A DNA stretch of 64,000 nt from positions 29,822,001 to 29,886,000 of the forward strand of contig NC_073389.1 in assembly GCF_028641065.1 (NCBI RefSeq), written 5' to 3'. Positions 27,601 through 39,600 of this stretch are shown in pieces. The position numbers and the translations under genes are program-made. The stretch's first letter is position 1. Each line of letters opens with the position of its first letter. The stretch comes from Leucoraja erinacea. Its lineage: Eukaryota. The notes beneath the pieces are model-generated. The model ran no database searches, was not told the DNA's origin, and saw only the letters and a program-made list of their open reading frames with translations.

Positions 27601-30600
27601 GGGGATGGAGAGAGTTGGATGTTATTTTTTAAAGAGAAGGTGGAGGGGAAATCTGACAGACTTGAATAAAATGAGGTCTAGACAGAGTGGATAGTGGGAG
27701 TCTATTCCCCTTGGTGAAGGGTTGAATGAGAGGTACAAAAGAAAGGGGAAGAGAATTAAGAGCAGCGAGAGGAAAAATGTTTTACACACAGGGTGTGCTT
27801 GGAATCTAGAATGCACTGCCTAATATGTGGGTAAACGCAGGTTCCAATAAGGAATTGGGTAAATTTTACAAGGTTGCAGAGAAATAAACAGGGAGTGGAA
27901 GTTGTAAGTTGCTCTTTTGAGAGCCACCGTGGATGTTATCTGCTGTAACAATTCTCTGATTCTAACCGAGCTGCAGATGAAGAAGTTAATCAGCAGGTGA
28001 GAATAACTGCCGTTGATGTGGATAGGAATCTTGAGGAAATATTTGGAAAAGAGAAACTTTCCTATACATGTATTTTTCTATTGATAACCACAGCCCCAGC
28101 ACATCATAGAAAGCATATTGATGTTTAATAAAGTATCTTGGTACAGATCCAACACCGATTTGTGCGGCAATTGTTGGTCCAGTGCCCCCTTTATTCCAGT
28201 CATAATCTAGAGAGTACACCTGAAATGTGTGGAATTTGCTCCTTGCGGATTCCGGCCTGGCTTGAGCTGGCAGATCCGTTTCCATGACCGACTTTGCCGG
28301 TATCTCGGTCCCTCGGAGGCCAAGGCGAACCGTTCATGAACCGTTGGACGCCTCTCGGATGCCATAACCTCTGTTGGCTTGACAAAATAAATAATCCAGA
28401 ATGGCTCTGGACCCAAGAGTGCCAGAAAATCGGGGTGGGCCTATAGAAGTGTTAATAGAAGTGATTGTCAATTTCCAGAGTATACATCCGTGTGCAAATT
28501 AATTGAATACACTAGGATATAGGTGTCAACTGCTCTACATCGGTGAGACCAAGCGCAGGCTTGGCGATCGCTTCGCCCAACACCTCCGCACAGTTCGCAT
28601 TGACCAACCCGATCTCCCGGTGGCTCAGCACTTCAACTCCCCCTCTCATTCCGAATCCGACCTTTCTGTCCAGGGCCTCCTCCATGGCCAGAATGAGTCC
28701 CACTGCAAATTGGAGGAGCTGCACCTCATATTTCACTTGGGTAGTTTACTCCCCAGCGGTATGAACATTGACTTCTCCAATTTCAGGTGGTCCTTGCTTT
28801 CTCTCTCCTTCCCCTCCTCTTCCCAGTTCTCCCACAGCCCACTATCTCGGTCTCTTCCTTTCTTCTTCCCGCCCCCCGCACCTCCACATCAGTCTGAAGA
28901 AGGGACTCAACCAGAAACGTCACCTATTCCATCGCTCCATAAATGCTGCCTCACCCGCTCAGTTTCTCCAGCATTTTTGTCTACCTTCGATTTTTCCAGC
29001 ATCTGCAGTTCTTTCTTAAACTAGGATATAACAAGTCAATATACATGTCGCAGGGCTACCTTTTATTCATTATCGTTGCGCCATTATGTCTTTAGTACAT
29101 GTGTGTCCACCACGGTTCTTTATCGTCTTTGACAGGATTTGGCATGGAGTCGATCAGATTCTGAGTCTCCAAGAATTTTTTAATCTCGATTCCACAGCTG
29201 AATTATGGCCTCTGTGAGCTCTGTGTCATTGTACAGTTCTTTCCTTTCAGTCTCTCCTTGATAATTGACCACAAATTCGCAATCGGATTCAGGTCAGGCG
29301 AGTTACCAGGCCAGTCATCATTCTGTCAACTGGGTGCAGTGGACCAATACCGTAGTAGCTGAAAGAACCTCAGAACAGCATTTCAGGATGTTTGACAAAC
29401 TCGTCAATGTGATATATTCTCACTGGCTCCGAGAATGATCTCCAAACTTGTTGACTATGATGGATTTTGTGAATTGCTTACGAGTTCTTCTCAAAAGACG
29501 ATAAAACATGGGTGGATGATGCAATCACTGATGCAATGCAGGTTCAAAGTTGTTACTTTGTTTTTAATTTATTTTGAATGTTATCAGTTTTAAAGATCAA
29601 ATGCTGGACATAGAAAGTCATCATATGAGAAAATAAAATCAGCCCATGATTCAATTAATATTGCACAGGGATGTATCTCTTAAGTGATCTCCTGTTATGA
29701 AGTGATTGCTTCCAATCTTTACAGACAATGGAACCTGAGGGTTCACCTTTTTCCACAAAGGGTGGTGGGTGTATTGAACAAGCTGCCAGATGAGATAGTT
29801 GAGGCAGGTACTATTGCAATGTTTAAAATGCATTTTGACAGCTACATAGAATAGCTTTGGTAAGATGTGGGCCAAATGCAGGCAGGTGGGACGATTATGG
29901 ATGTGGGAATGTTGGTTGGTGTGGGGAATTGAACCAAAAAGACAAAACCAGACTTAGGCAATGCAAGATAATGTAAACTTTGGGCAGGTCCCATCGACGT
30001 TAATTAGAAATACATAACTAACATGATCAGGTTTTTTGAAGAGGTGACATTCGTGATCGATGCGGATAGGGCAGTGGTAGGATGTTGTCTATGTGGATTT
30101 TAGTAAGGCATTTAATGAAATCTCCCATGGTATGCTGATACAGAAGATTAAGATGCATGAAAAGGAGATATGCGGAGAAACTTCTTTACAAAGAAGGTGA
30201 TGAGTGCCTGGTATGCACCGCGGTTGAGACTGATACAATAATGGCATTTGAGACATTTTTGGATAGGCATGTGAATATGCATGGAATGGAGGGATATAGA
30301 TTATGTGCAGATAGGTAAGAGATGGTCTTGGCATCATGTTTGACACAGACATTGTGGGCTGAAGTGCTTGTTCATATGCTGTACTATTGTATGTTCTACA
30401 TATGATGAGATCACCAATGTTCTGCAGCATGAAGTAGACTCAAATTGTAATGGTAAATCTTTTAAATATCTATGATTTACCTTCAAACATTCTTAAGATC
30501 TTGTGAATAACAAGTACTGTGGTTCTGTCTTTACAAGTGAAGTAAATAAGATATTCCATTTGATGCAGCTGGTATGTATACCAAGGATCAATAGCAAAGA

Positions 30601-33600
30601 GTTGTCAATTATGAATATCATATCTCTTTCCCATGACTTCCAATTATTGGGGTTTACCAAGGCAAAACAACTACCTGGGTTACCTGTCTTTGAAGAAAGG
30701 CCTGCAGCATACTAAGGTTGCGGTTGATCATGTTTCAATTTCCCTTTTTAGTATTTCATGGAAAGCTATATGCTGGAATTTAGAAGGAATAAATAATAAA
30801 AGTGTAGGCTATTTTCTAAATGGGGAGAGGATTCCGAAATCAGAGGTGCAAAGGAACTTGCGAGTGTTGGTGAAGGACTCCCAAAAGGTTAATTTGCAGG
30901 TTGAGTCAGTAGTAAGGAAGGCAAATACAATGGTAGCATTCATTTGGAGAGGTCAAGAAAAGAAAAGCAAGGATATAATGCTGAGGCTTTATAAGGCACT
31001 GCAGGCCACATTTGGAACATTGTGAACGATTTTAGTCCCCAATCTGAGGAAGGATGTGCTGGTGTTAGAGATGGTCCAGAGAACCATCTTTACGAGAATG
31101 ATCCCGGGGATGATTGGGTTAACAAATGAGGAGCATTTGATATTTCTGCGCCTGTACTCACTGGAATTTAGAAGGATTAGGGGGAATCTCAGTGATAACT
31201 ACTGAATAATGAAAGGCTTAGATAACATGGGCGTGAAGAGTCTGAAGAAGGGTCTCGACCTGAAACATCACCCATTCCTTCTCACCAGGGATACTGCCTG
31301 TCCCGCTGAATTACTCCAACTTTTTGTGTCTCGTATCTTCGGTTTTAACCAGCATCTGCAGTTCCTTCTTACACAGGATGCTTCCAGTAGTGGGAGTCTA
31401 GAACCAGTGGGCATAGGCTCAGACTAAATGGACGTACCTTTAGAATGGAGATGAAGAGGAATTTTAGCCGAAGGGTGGTGAGTCTGTGGAATTCATTGTC
31501 ACTGACAGCTGTGGAGGGCAAATCTCTGGGTGTTTTTAAAGCAGAGATTGATAGGTTCTGAATTAGTAAGGTTGTCAAAGGTTAAGGGGTGAAATGGGGT
31601 TGAGAGGGAAAAATGGAACAACCATGATCGAATGGCAGAGCCGATGACTCGATGGGCCAAACAGCCTAATTCTGTTCGAATGTTTTATAGTCTCATGGAA
31701 TTATGCTCTCTGAGAAATATTTTCACAGTAGAGAATTTGAAAGGCAAATCACTTTAACTCTGTGTAACGACTGACCCTGACTTGCTCATTCCTACAATAA
31801 ATTAAAATTCTAGAATTATTTGCCCCTCTCAGACTTGCCGTCCTTTGAAATGTTAAATGTTGTCAGAATTTTATTGCTTTCACACTAATGAAAAAAATGC
31901 AGGACATTCACCTAGAAATGAATTTTGTACAAGCTATGTCAGTGACTTATGAACATTTAAACCTCCTTTTACTTGGTTTACATTTTGATCCTTTGGTTAC
32001 ATCCTTCCTTGAGTATTGTGCTCAGAATAGCCACACAGTTCTCTAGCTGTGGCTGAATTGTGATTTATTGCTCCTCTATTACATTTAGACACAAGCCATA
32101 TGTGACTTTGTATTCATACTAATCTACATCATAATTCATTTGCCAATTTCATGCTGATTTAACATTGTTAATAGACTCTCTTGCTTTGCAGCAATTGTCC
32201 TCTGCATTAATTGCTCATGATTTATTGCTGTCTGCAAATTTTTAAGATAATGAAAACATTTAATAGGGTAAACAGAAATAAACGTTTCTGCCTGTGGGGA
32301 GTCTGAAACTAGAGATCGAAAATATGAAGGAGAAGTCTGAAGAAGGGTTTCGGTCCGAAACGTTGCCTATTTCCTTCGCTCCATAGATGCTGCTGCACCC
32401 GCTGAGTTTCTCCAGCTTTTTTGTGTACGATCGGAAATATGGGCTGGTCACCAATAAAATGGATAATAAAATAGAAACTCTTTGGCCTGAAGGATTAGAA
32501 TGGAAAGTGGTATCAAAATTAGGCAAATAGCATGCATTTAAGAAGGAGATAGATGGAAGGGTAAAGAAAATAAAGATAATTAAAAAATGCTTATGCTGAT
32601 AGAATTAGATTAAGTAGGGTAGGAGGATGCTCCCGTGAAACAAGGCATACATGGGTTGGTCAAAGTTAAATGATTTAATACTTTGCACAGAACTCTAGGA
32701 ATCTATTTGCATAAATCCAAGGACATCTTGAGTTTCTGGTTGCATGTCATTTCAAAACTCCTTTCCCATACCTGTTCCCACATTGACCAGAATATCATTG
32801 GCCTTCTCCGTAGCCACGGTGAGACCGAACCCAAAGTAGAACAGAACCTACTTTCCTGTCTGAGTAATCTACATCCCAATTATATGAACATTGAATTTTT
32901 CATTTTCAGGTCATGTGTTCTTTCTCCACTTCCACCGGTCTACCCAGGGTCTTTCTCTCATTGTTCACGCTTCCTTCCCTCCTTCCCTGTTATCCAGACT
33001 CATCATCCTCTCCGACCAAGTTCCATCTACCCGTCACCTAGTTTCCTGTTTCTTTTTTCTTGGATCACCTTTCCACTCCTCTCTCCCCCCTGTCACCATC
33101 TGTCCATCATGCACACCAAAGCTGGTTCTACTTATCGCCTACCAACACCTCACCCTGGCCCTTCACCTCTTTATACTGACTGTTTCCACTCTACACACTC
33201 AGTCCTGATGTAGGGTCTTGACTCTGAAATGTCAACCATCCATTTGACTCCAAAGATGCTGAATTACACTGAATTTTTCCAACAGTTTATTTTTTGCTCC
33301 AGATTCCAGATCTGCAGTCTCTATTGTCTTGAGATCTGTGAATTAAAGTATTTCATTAGTCCGTACTTAAGGATGTCTTTAAAAACAGAACCTGTTCATT
33401 ACCCAAGGACAACCTGAAAATGATTCCAAAAGCATTGCATTGATAGTTTGACAACTCGCTGAAAAGCTCTTTAACTGTATGGTCTATTTATTTATTTATA
33501 GTGTTAAGCAAATGAGGAATGGTTAGCTTACTTTGTAAATGTCCTTCTTTATGGAATATGGGTCAATCATCTTTTACATAATTCCATTTATTCTTCCTTT

Positions 33601-36600
33601 GAATAATCCAACAGTGATTCTGCTGCTTATATTCTTACTATATTTTAACTTCACTTCATCAACTATGTCTTGTCAGTGCCAGTTCTTTTTCATGGAGCCG
33701 AGGTACTAGACCAGCAATGTGGTTGGGAACATTAGAAAAACTTCTTATGTCACCAATCGTGCGATAAAGTTGTTTCCAAGAATAACACTGTGCTTGTTAT
33801 CTCCCTTTCACACAACCCTCTGCTACCACCCAAAAAAATATAAACCTGGCTTCACGAAGTGGTACAAAGGTATGTATGCATGCACAAGCTGCCTTCTGCT
33901 GACTTACCAAGTCAACACTTGGAAAAAACCCCCAATCTGTATTGACAAGTAAAGGTTGGAGATGCACTTGTAAACAAAACACTGAATGCATTTGCTATAG
34001 ATGCAAAATACAAGGCCTTAATAAAATTGTATTGATAATTCTTACTAGATAACAAAAGATATATTTCCTGGTGATCCAGTTTTGTTGAAGTAAGTTAACT
34101 TGTTTGTTATTTTGTATGCTGAGTGTTATCCTTACAAAATTGATTATTGTTGCAACTACCTGTGATTTTCTGGGACAGAGTGATGTTGCGTTACAGGGGT
34201 AAAACTCTGTACAAAGCAAACCTGAAGATCTTACTCCGTCATGTACTTGCTACATTTATGACTAGAGCCAGGATTATGCCATAAATGCATTTTCATGCCT
34301 TTTTCATGATCGAGTGCCTAAATCAGCCTTTTTTTTTTGGCCGTTTTGCTTAAAGGTCGCGCTATTATCTCTAGTTGTACCATGATTACAATGACGTTTT
34401 CTATGTTAACATGTTAATATTAATGTTATTATTAACGTGTTAACTGTATAACTTTCAAGAAAACTTCCACCACTGGGATGAAACCGGGGGCGCCACCGTC
34501 GGTCATTTATTCGTTCGTGCCGCTGCTCTCCGGTTCAGGCTTCTCTAAGATCTATTTAAGAAAGAACGGCAAATGCTGGAAAACTCAGCGGGAGGCAGCA
34601 TCTATGGAGACAATGCATAGGCGACATTTTGGGTCGAGACCCTTCTTCAGACTGATGTTGGGGGGGGGGGGCGCTAATAAGAAAGGAAGAGGCAGAGACA
34701 GTAGGACTAGAAGGGGAGCTGGAAAGGGGGAGGATGGAGAAGACAAGGGTTATCAAAAATTAGAGAAGTCAATGTTGATACGCTGGAGTGTAAACTACCC
34801 AAGCTTGTCTCCTCATTATATTTACTGCTGGCTCCAGTCGCAAATCTGAGTTTCGATTGATCTGTGCAAAGCATTCATTGATGCTGGAATTCCACTGTAG
34901 AAATTGGAAAACAAACCTCTCAGAGGTTTTTTAGAGAAATACACGGAGGAACATATACCAAGCGAGTCTTCATTATGGAAAAATTATGTTGATAGCAACT
35001 TCAACATTGTTATGCGGAAAATTAGAGATGAAGTTGCATGCAACAAAATATGGATCTCAATAGACGAGACAGCCGATGCTGTGGGGAGATATGTTGCCAA
35101 TGTGGTCATCGGTACACTGGAGGCAGGTCAACCATCAAAGGAGTATTTGTTGACATCGGAAGTATTGGAGAAGTCAAACAGCTCAACGTTTGCTCAGTTG
35201 TTTACATCTTCACTTGCTGTACTGTGGCCAGAAGGTATAAAACACGAGAATGTTCTTCTGTTTGTGACTCAAAGTTTTATTCCCCAAAATGTTGCATTTG
35301 ACATGATAAGTTCAAGGACTTCATACAATTGCCAAGCACATACGTAGCTTGATTCCAAATGTCGATCGCCTAGTTTCCAATGTCAAGAAAATCTTCCTCA
35401 AAACACCATCACAGGTGCAGTTGTTCAAGGAAATGGCACCCGGGATTCCGCTCCCTCCTCAGCCCATTTTGACTAGGTGGGGTACATGGCTCTCTGCTGT
35501 ACTCTACTATTCTGCAATTTTTAAAAAGATAAAAGAAATCGTCAACTGTTTTGAAGAAGAAGAATCTGCTGCAGTCAGGATCGTCTGTGAAATCATGCAG
35601 ATAAAGTCCCTCCACCGTAATCTTGTGTTTATTGCTTCCAATTTTGCAAACTTCCCACAAGCTATCACTTCCCTTGAGAAATGTGGCGAAACATTAGTCA
35701 ATAACTTGCAGGTTTTCAACAAAGTAACTGACGATATTCGTAAAGTTCCTGGCGATGTAGGTAAAGGCATACAAGGAAAATGTGAGAGAGTGATTTTAAG
35801 CTAACAAAGATCTTGAAGAAATAGAAAACATAGCTAAAGTACTCAAAGGTAGTGGTAATGAACAAGATATCAACATGAATATACAGTCTGTAGCTTGTTT
35901 CGGGTATGCAACAGTGACCTCAGCTGAAGTAGAAAGAAGTTTTTAATAACTGAAGCATATTCTGTCTGACAGATGGCATAGTTTACCACCAGATAATTTG
36001 AACAAAATGTTAGTAATTATGTGCAACCAGGCAACTTTGGTCATTTAATGTAGTATATCTTTATAAATTTTAGCTATATTTTGCTGTGGAAATAAATGCC
36101 TTTTTTGTCAATAAATGCCATATTCGCGCCTTTTTGTAATTTTATTATTCCTTTTTGCCTGCCTATTTCAGGGTTTTTTAGTGCCTAAACATCTTGGCTA
36201 TTTATGACCATCAGATGCTTATTTTTCAATTCCAATTCAAGTTACTTTTCTGGCACCATTTTTCCCTTCAACTTTTTGTGGGGTTGCTCTTGTGAGTAAC
36301 ATAATGGGCTTGTTGAAAGTACATCAAACATTCAAGTATGAAAGTCAGAGGTGGTCATTTAAAACAACAGTTGGTGTTTGCTTGCTGATGGCTGTTACGC
36401 ATAATAGTTTATTGAGATTGATTAAGAGAATTAGTTAGTTGTTAGTCTGAAATGAAAGATTATCAAATTATATATTCTAGGAATATTATATTTAGATTTA
36501 AATTATTACAAGTTTGCTGTTTTATCATATGCCTTAAAAAACACTGTTGATTTATTTAAGCAAATGCTGTAATTTTTGAAAATGCATTCTAAAGAAAATA

Positions 36601-39600
36601 ATTACTCTTTGTTAGATCTGCATAAAGGGCAAAGTGCACATATTCAAGTACCTGAACATAGAGGCGTGTAGAATTGATAAGACTGCAGAATGCCTTTATC
36701 AACCGTCAATGGAAAAGGCCCCTGTTCCACAACGTGTTTGTGGGAGGTACGTTTCAAAACCATTCTTTGTTTTCTTGAGACCTGTGCTATAATGTGAAGT
36801 TTATGTTTCCTTCTTTACATGATCTTAACAATGTAAAATCTTACGGCAAGAATAATTAGATGCTGAAAAAAGGATAATTAATTTATATGTGTGGAGTGAG
36901 ATGATACACTGATGAATTAAGCAAGTAGTTTAACTGTAATCCAGTGTTTTTAAATCAGGATGTTGGGAGGCCTGGTTCACAAAGGGAATGGAGGCTCCGT
37001 GATCAGCAGGAAGACCTAGCTGCCAAATTTCACAACACCCATTTCCCTTCACAAAAGAAACACAGTTTTTCTCCCCATAGCACACCTCTTCCGTTGAAAT
37101 GTCCAAATAACTATTCTTTTTCATTTACGTCCATCTTTTTCATTTTCATGATCAAAGTTTATTGCTGGAAGGGCACAAAATGCACATATTTGCTGACTTT
37201 TAAACATTCTTTCGCACAAATGTAGAGAGGTCACATCAATTGAACTATTTGGCCAAGTGACCTCTGCAGGATTTTACCTCCATATAATACTTCACGACTA
37301 TCTAATATAATCATGAACACTCATTGTTTGTGCATCAGCTACAAATCCTGGAAGTGAATTTTACAGCACTGCAATCTCTAATGAGATTTATCTTCCTCGC
37401 TAGGTGCCTGCACTGTCTCATACTCCTTGATCCTGCTCGTCCTCTTGCTCATCTCCCCCCACCCCTGGCTCCTTCCTTCCATTCCCTCTCCTCCCTCTCC
37501 CTCTCCCTCTCCCTCTCAAGTCAAGTCAAGCTTATTTGTCACATACACATACGAGATGTGCAGTGAAATGCAAGTGGCAATGCTCGCGGACCTTTGTGCG
37601 AAAGACAAACAACCAAACAACCAAACAAACAAACTATAAACACAATCATAACACACATATTCTTTTACATAATAAATAATGGAAGGAAAAACGTTCAGTA
37701 GAGTTAGTCCCTGGTGAGATAGGCGTTTAGAGTCCGAATGGCCTCTGGGAAGAAACTCCTTCTCAACCTCTCCGTTCTCACCGCATGGCAACGGAGGCGT
37801 TTGTCTGACCGTAGCAGCTGGAACAGTCCGTTGCAGGGGTGGAAGGGGTCTCTCATGATATTGTTGGCTCTGGAGTTGCACTATAGTTCCTGCAGGGGGC
37901 CAAGTGAAGTTCCCATAGTGCGTTCGGCCGAACGCACTACTCTCTGCAGAGCCTTCTTGTCCTTGGCAGAGCAATTCCCAAACCAGATGGTAATGTTCCC
38001 GGACAAGATGCTTTCCACCGCCGCTGCGTAGAAGCACTGGAGGATCCTCGGAGACACTCTGAATTTCCTCAATTGCCTGAGGTGGTAAAGGCGCTGCCTT
38101 GCCTTACTCACGAGTGCTGAGGCGTGTGATGCCCATGTCATATCCTCGGAGATGTGGACTCCCAGATATTTAAAACAGTTCACCCTATCCCCAGGATCCC
38201 CATTTATCCTCAATGGAGTGTACGTCCTCGGATGATGTGCCCTCCTAAAGTCCATGATCAGCTCCTTCGTTTTTTTGATGTTCAAGAGGAGGCTGATATC
38301 CTGGCACCAGAGTGCTAGATCAGCCACCTCCTCCCGGTAGGCCTTCTCGTCGTTGTCTGAGATCAGGCCCACCACCACAGTGTAATCAGCAAACTTAATT
38401 AATGAGTTGGAGCTGAACCTAGCCACACAGTCATGTGTGTACAGGGAGTACAATAGGGGGCTGAGGACGCAACCCTGGGGCGATCCTGTGCTCAGGGTGA
38501 GGGACTTCGATGTATTCCCTCCCATCTTGACTACCTGGGGCCTGGCGGTGAGAAAGTCCAGGACCCAGGCACACAGGGAGGTGTTGAGCCCCAATTCCAT
38601 TAGCTTCCCGGCCAGTCTGGTGGGGACTATCGTGTTGAAGGCTGAACTGTAGTCTATGAACAGCATCCTCACGTAGCCCCCCTTCTGGCTGTCCAGATGG
38701 GAGAGAGCGGTGTGCGAGACCTGGGAGACCGCATCGTCTGTGGATCTGTTCGGACGGTATGCGAACTGCAATGGGTCCATGTTCCGAGGGAGGAAGGCGC
38801 AGATGTGTTTCTTCACCAGCCTCTCAAAGCATTTCATGACTACCGAGGTAAGGGCCACCGGACGGTAGTCATTCAGACAGGCTGGGGAGGCATTTTTTGG
38901 TACCGGTACAATGATGGATTTTTTGAAGCAGGCNNNNNNNNNNNNNNNNNNNNNNNNNNNNNNNNNNNNNNNNNNNNNNNNNNNNNNNNNNNNNNNNNNN
39001 NNNNNNNNNNNNNNNNNNNNNNNNNNNNNNNNNNNNNNNNNNNNNNNNNNNNNNNNNNNNNNNNNNNNNNNNNNNNNNNNNNNNNNNNNNNNNNNNNNNN
39101 NNNNNNNNNNNNNNNNNNNNNNNNNNNNNNNNNNNNNNNNNNNNNNNNNNNNNNNNNNNNNNNNNNNNNNNNNNNNNNNNNNNNNNNNNNNNNNNNNNNN
39201 NNNNNNNNNNNNNNNNNNNNNNNNNNNNNNNNNNNNNNNNNNNNNNNNNNNNNNNNNNNNNNNNNNNNNNNNNNNNNNNNNNNNNNNNNNNNNNNNNNNN
39301 NNNNNNNNNNNNNNNNNNNNNNNNNNNNNNNNNNNNNNNNNNNNNNNNNNNNNNNNNNNNNNNNNNNNNNNNNNNNNNNNNNNNNNNNNNNNNNNNNNNN
39401 NNNNNNNNNNNNNNNNNNNNNNNNNNNNNNNNNNNNNNNNNNNNNNNNNNNNNNCTCCCTTCCTTCAATCTCTCCCTTCCTCTCCAATCTGTCTCTCTCC
39501 GCTCTCGCTCTCTCTCTCTCTCTTGCTCTCTTTTTTGAGGCTTGCAGGCAATAGTTAGAACGAACTATGGGGCAGAAATCCAGTCTAAAATGATGGTGCC

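Larger units (their letters stand above)
34263..36200 (+). mobile_element. hAT-superfamily DNA transposon with a decayed CGGBP1-related transposase, 8 bp TSD
   Basis: TTTATGAC at 34255-34262 and 36201-36208; ends TAGAGCCAGGAT / ATCTTGGCTA; motifs [28 protein letters not shown]; stops and frameshifts present. Confidence 0.88.

Noticed and set aside
32683-33213. 176 aa + strand ORF
   Set aside because: It is a degenerate Penelope GIY-YIG tail plus pyrimidine-rich low-complexity sequence, not a host exon.
34904-35804. Functional domesticated transposase gene nested in the intron
   Set aside because: In-frame stops, frameshifts, loss of the second catalytic Asp region after LLFVT, and retained TIR/TSD indicate a decaying transposon.
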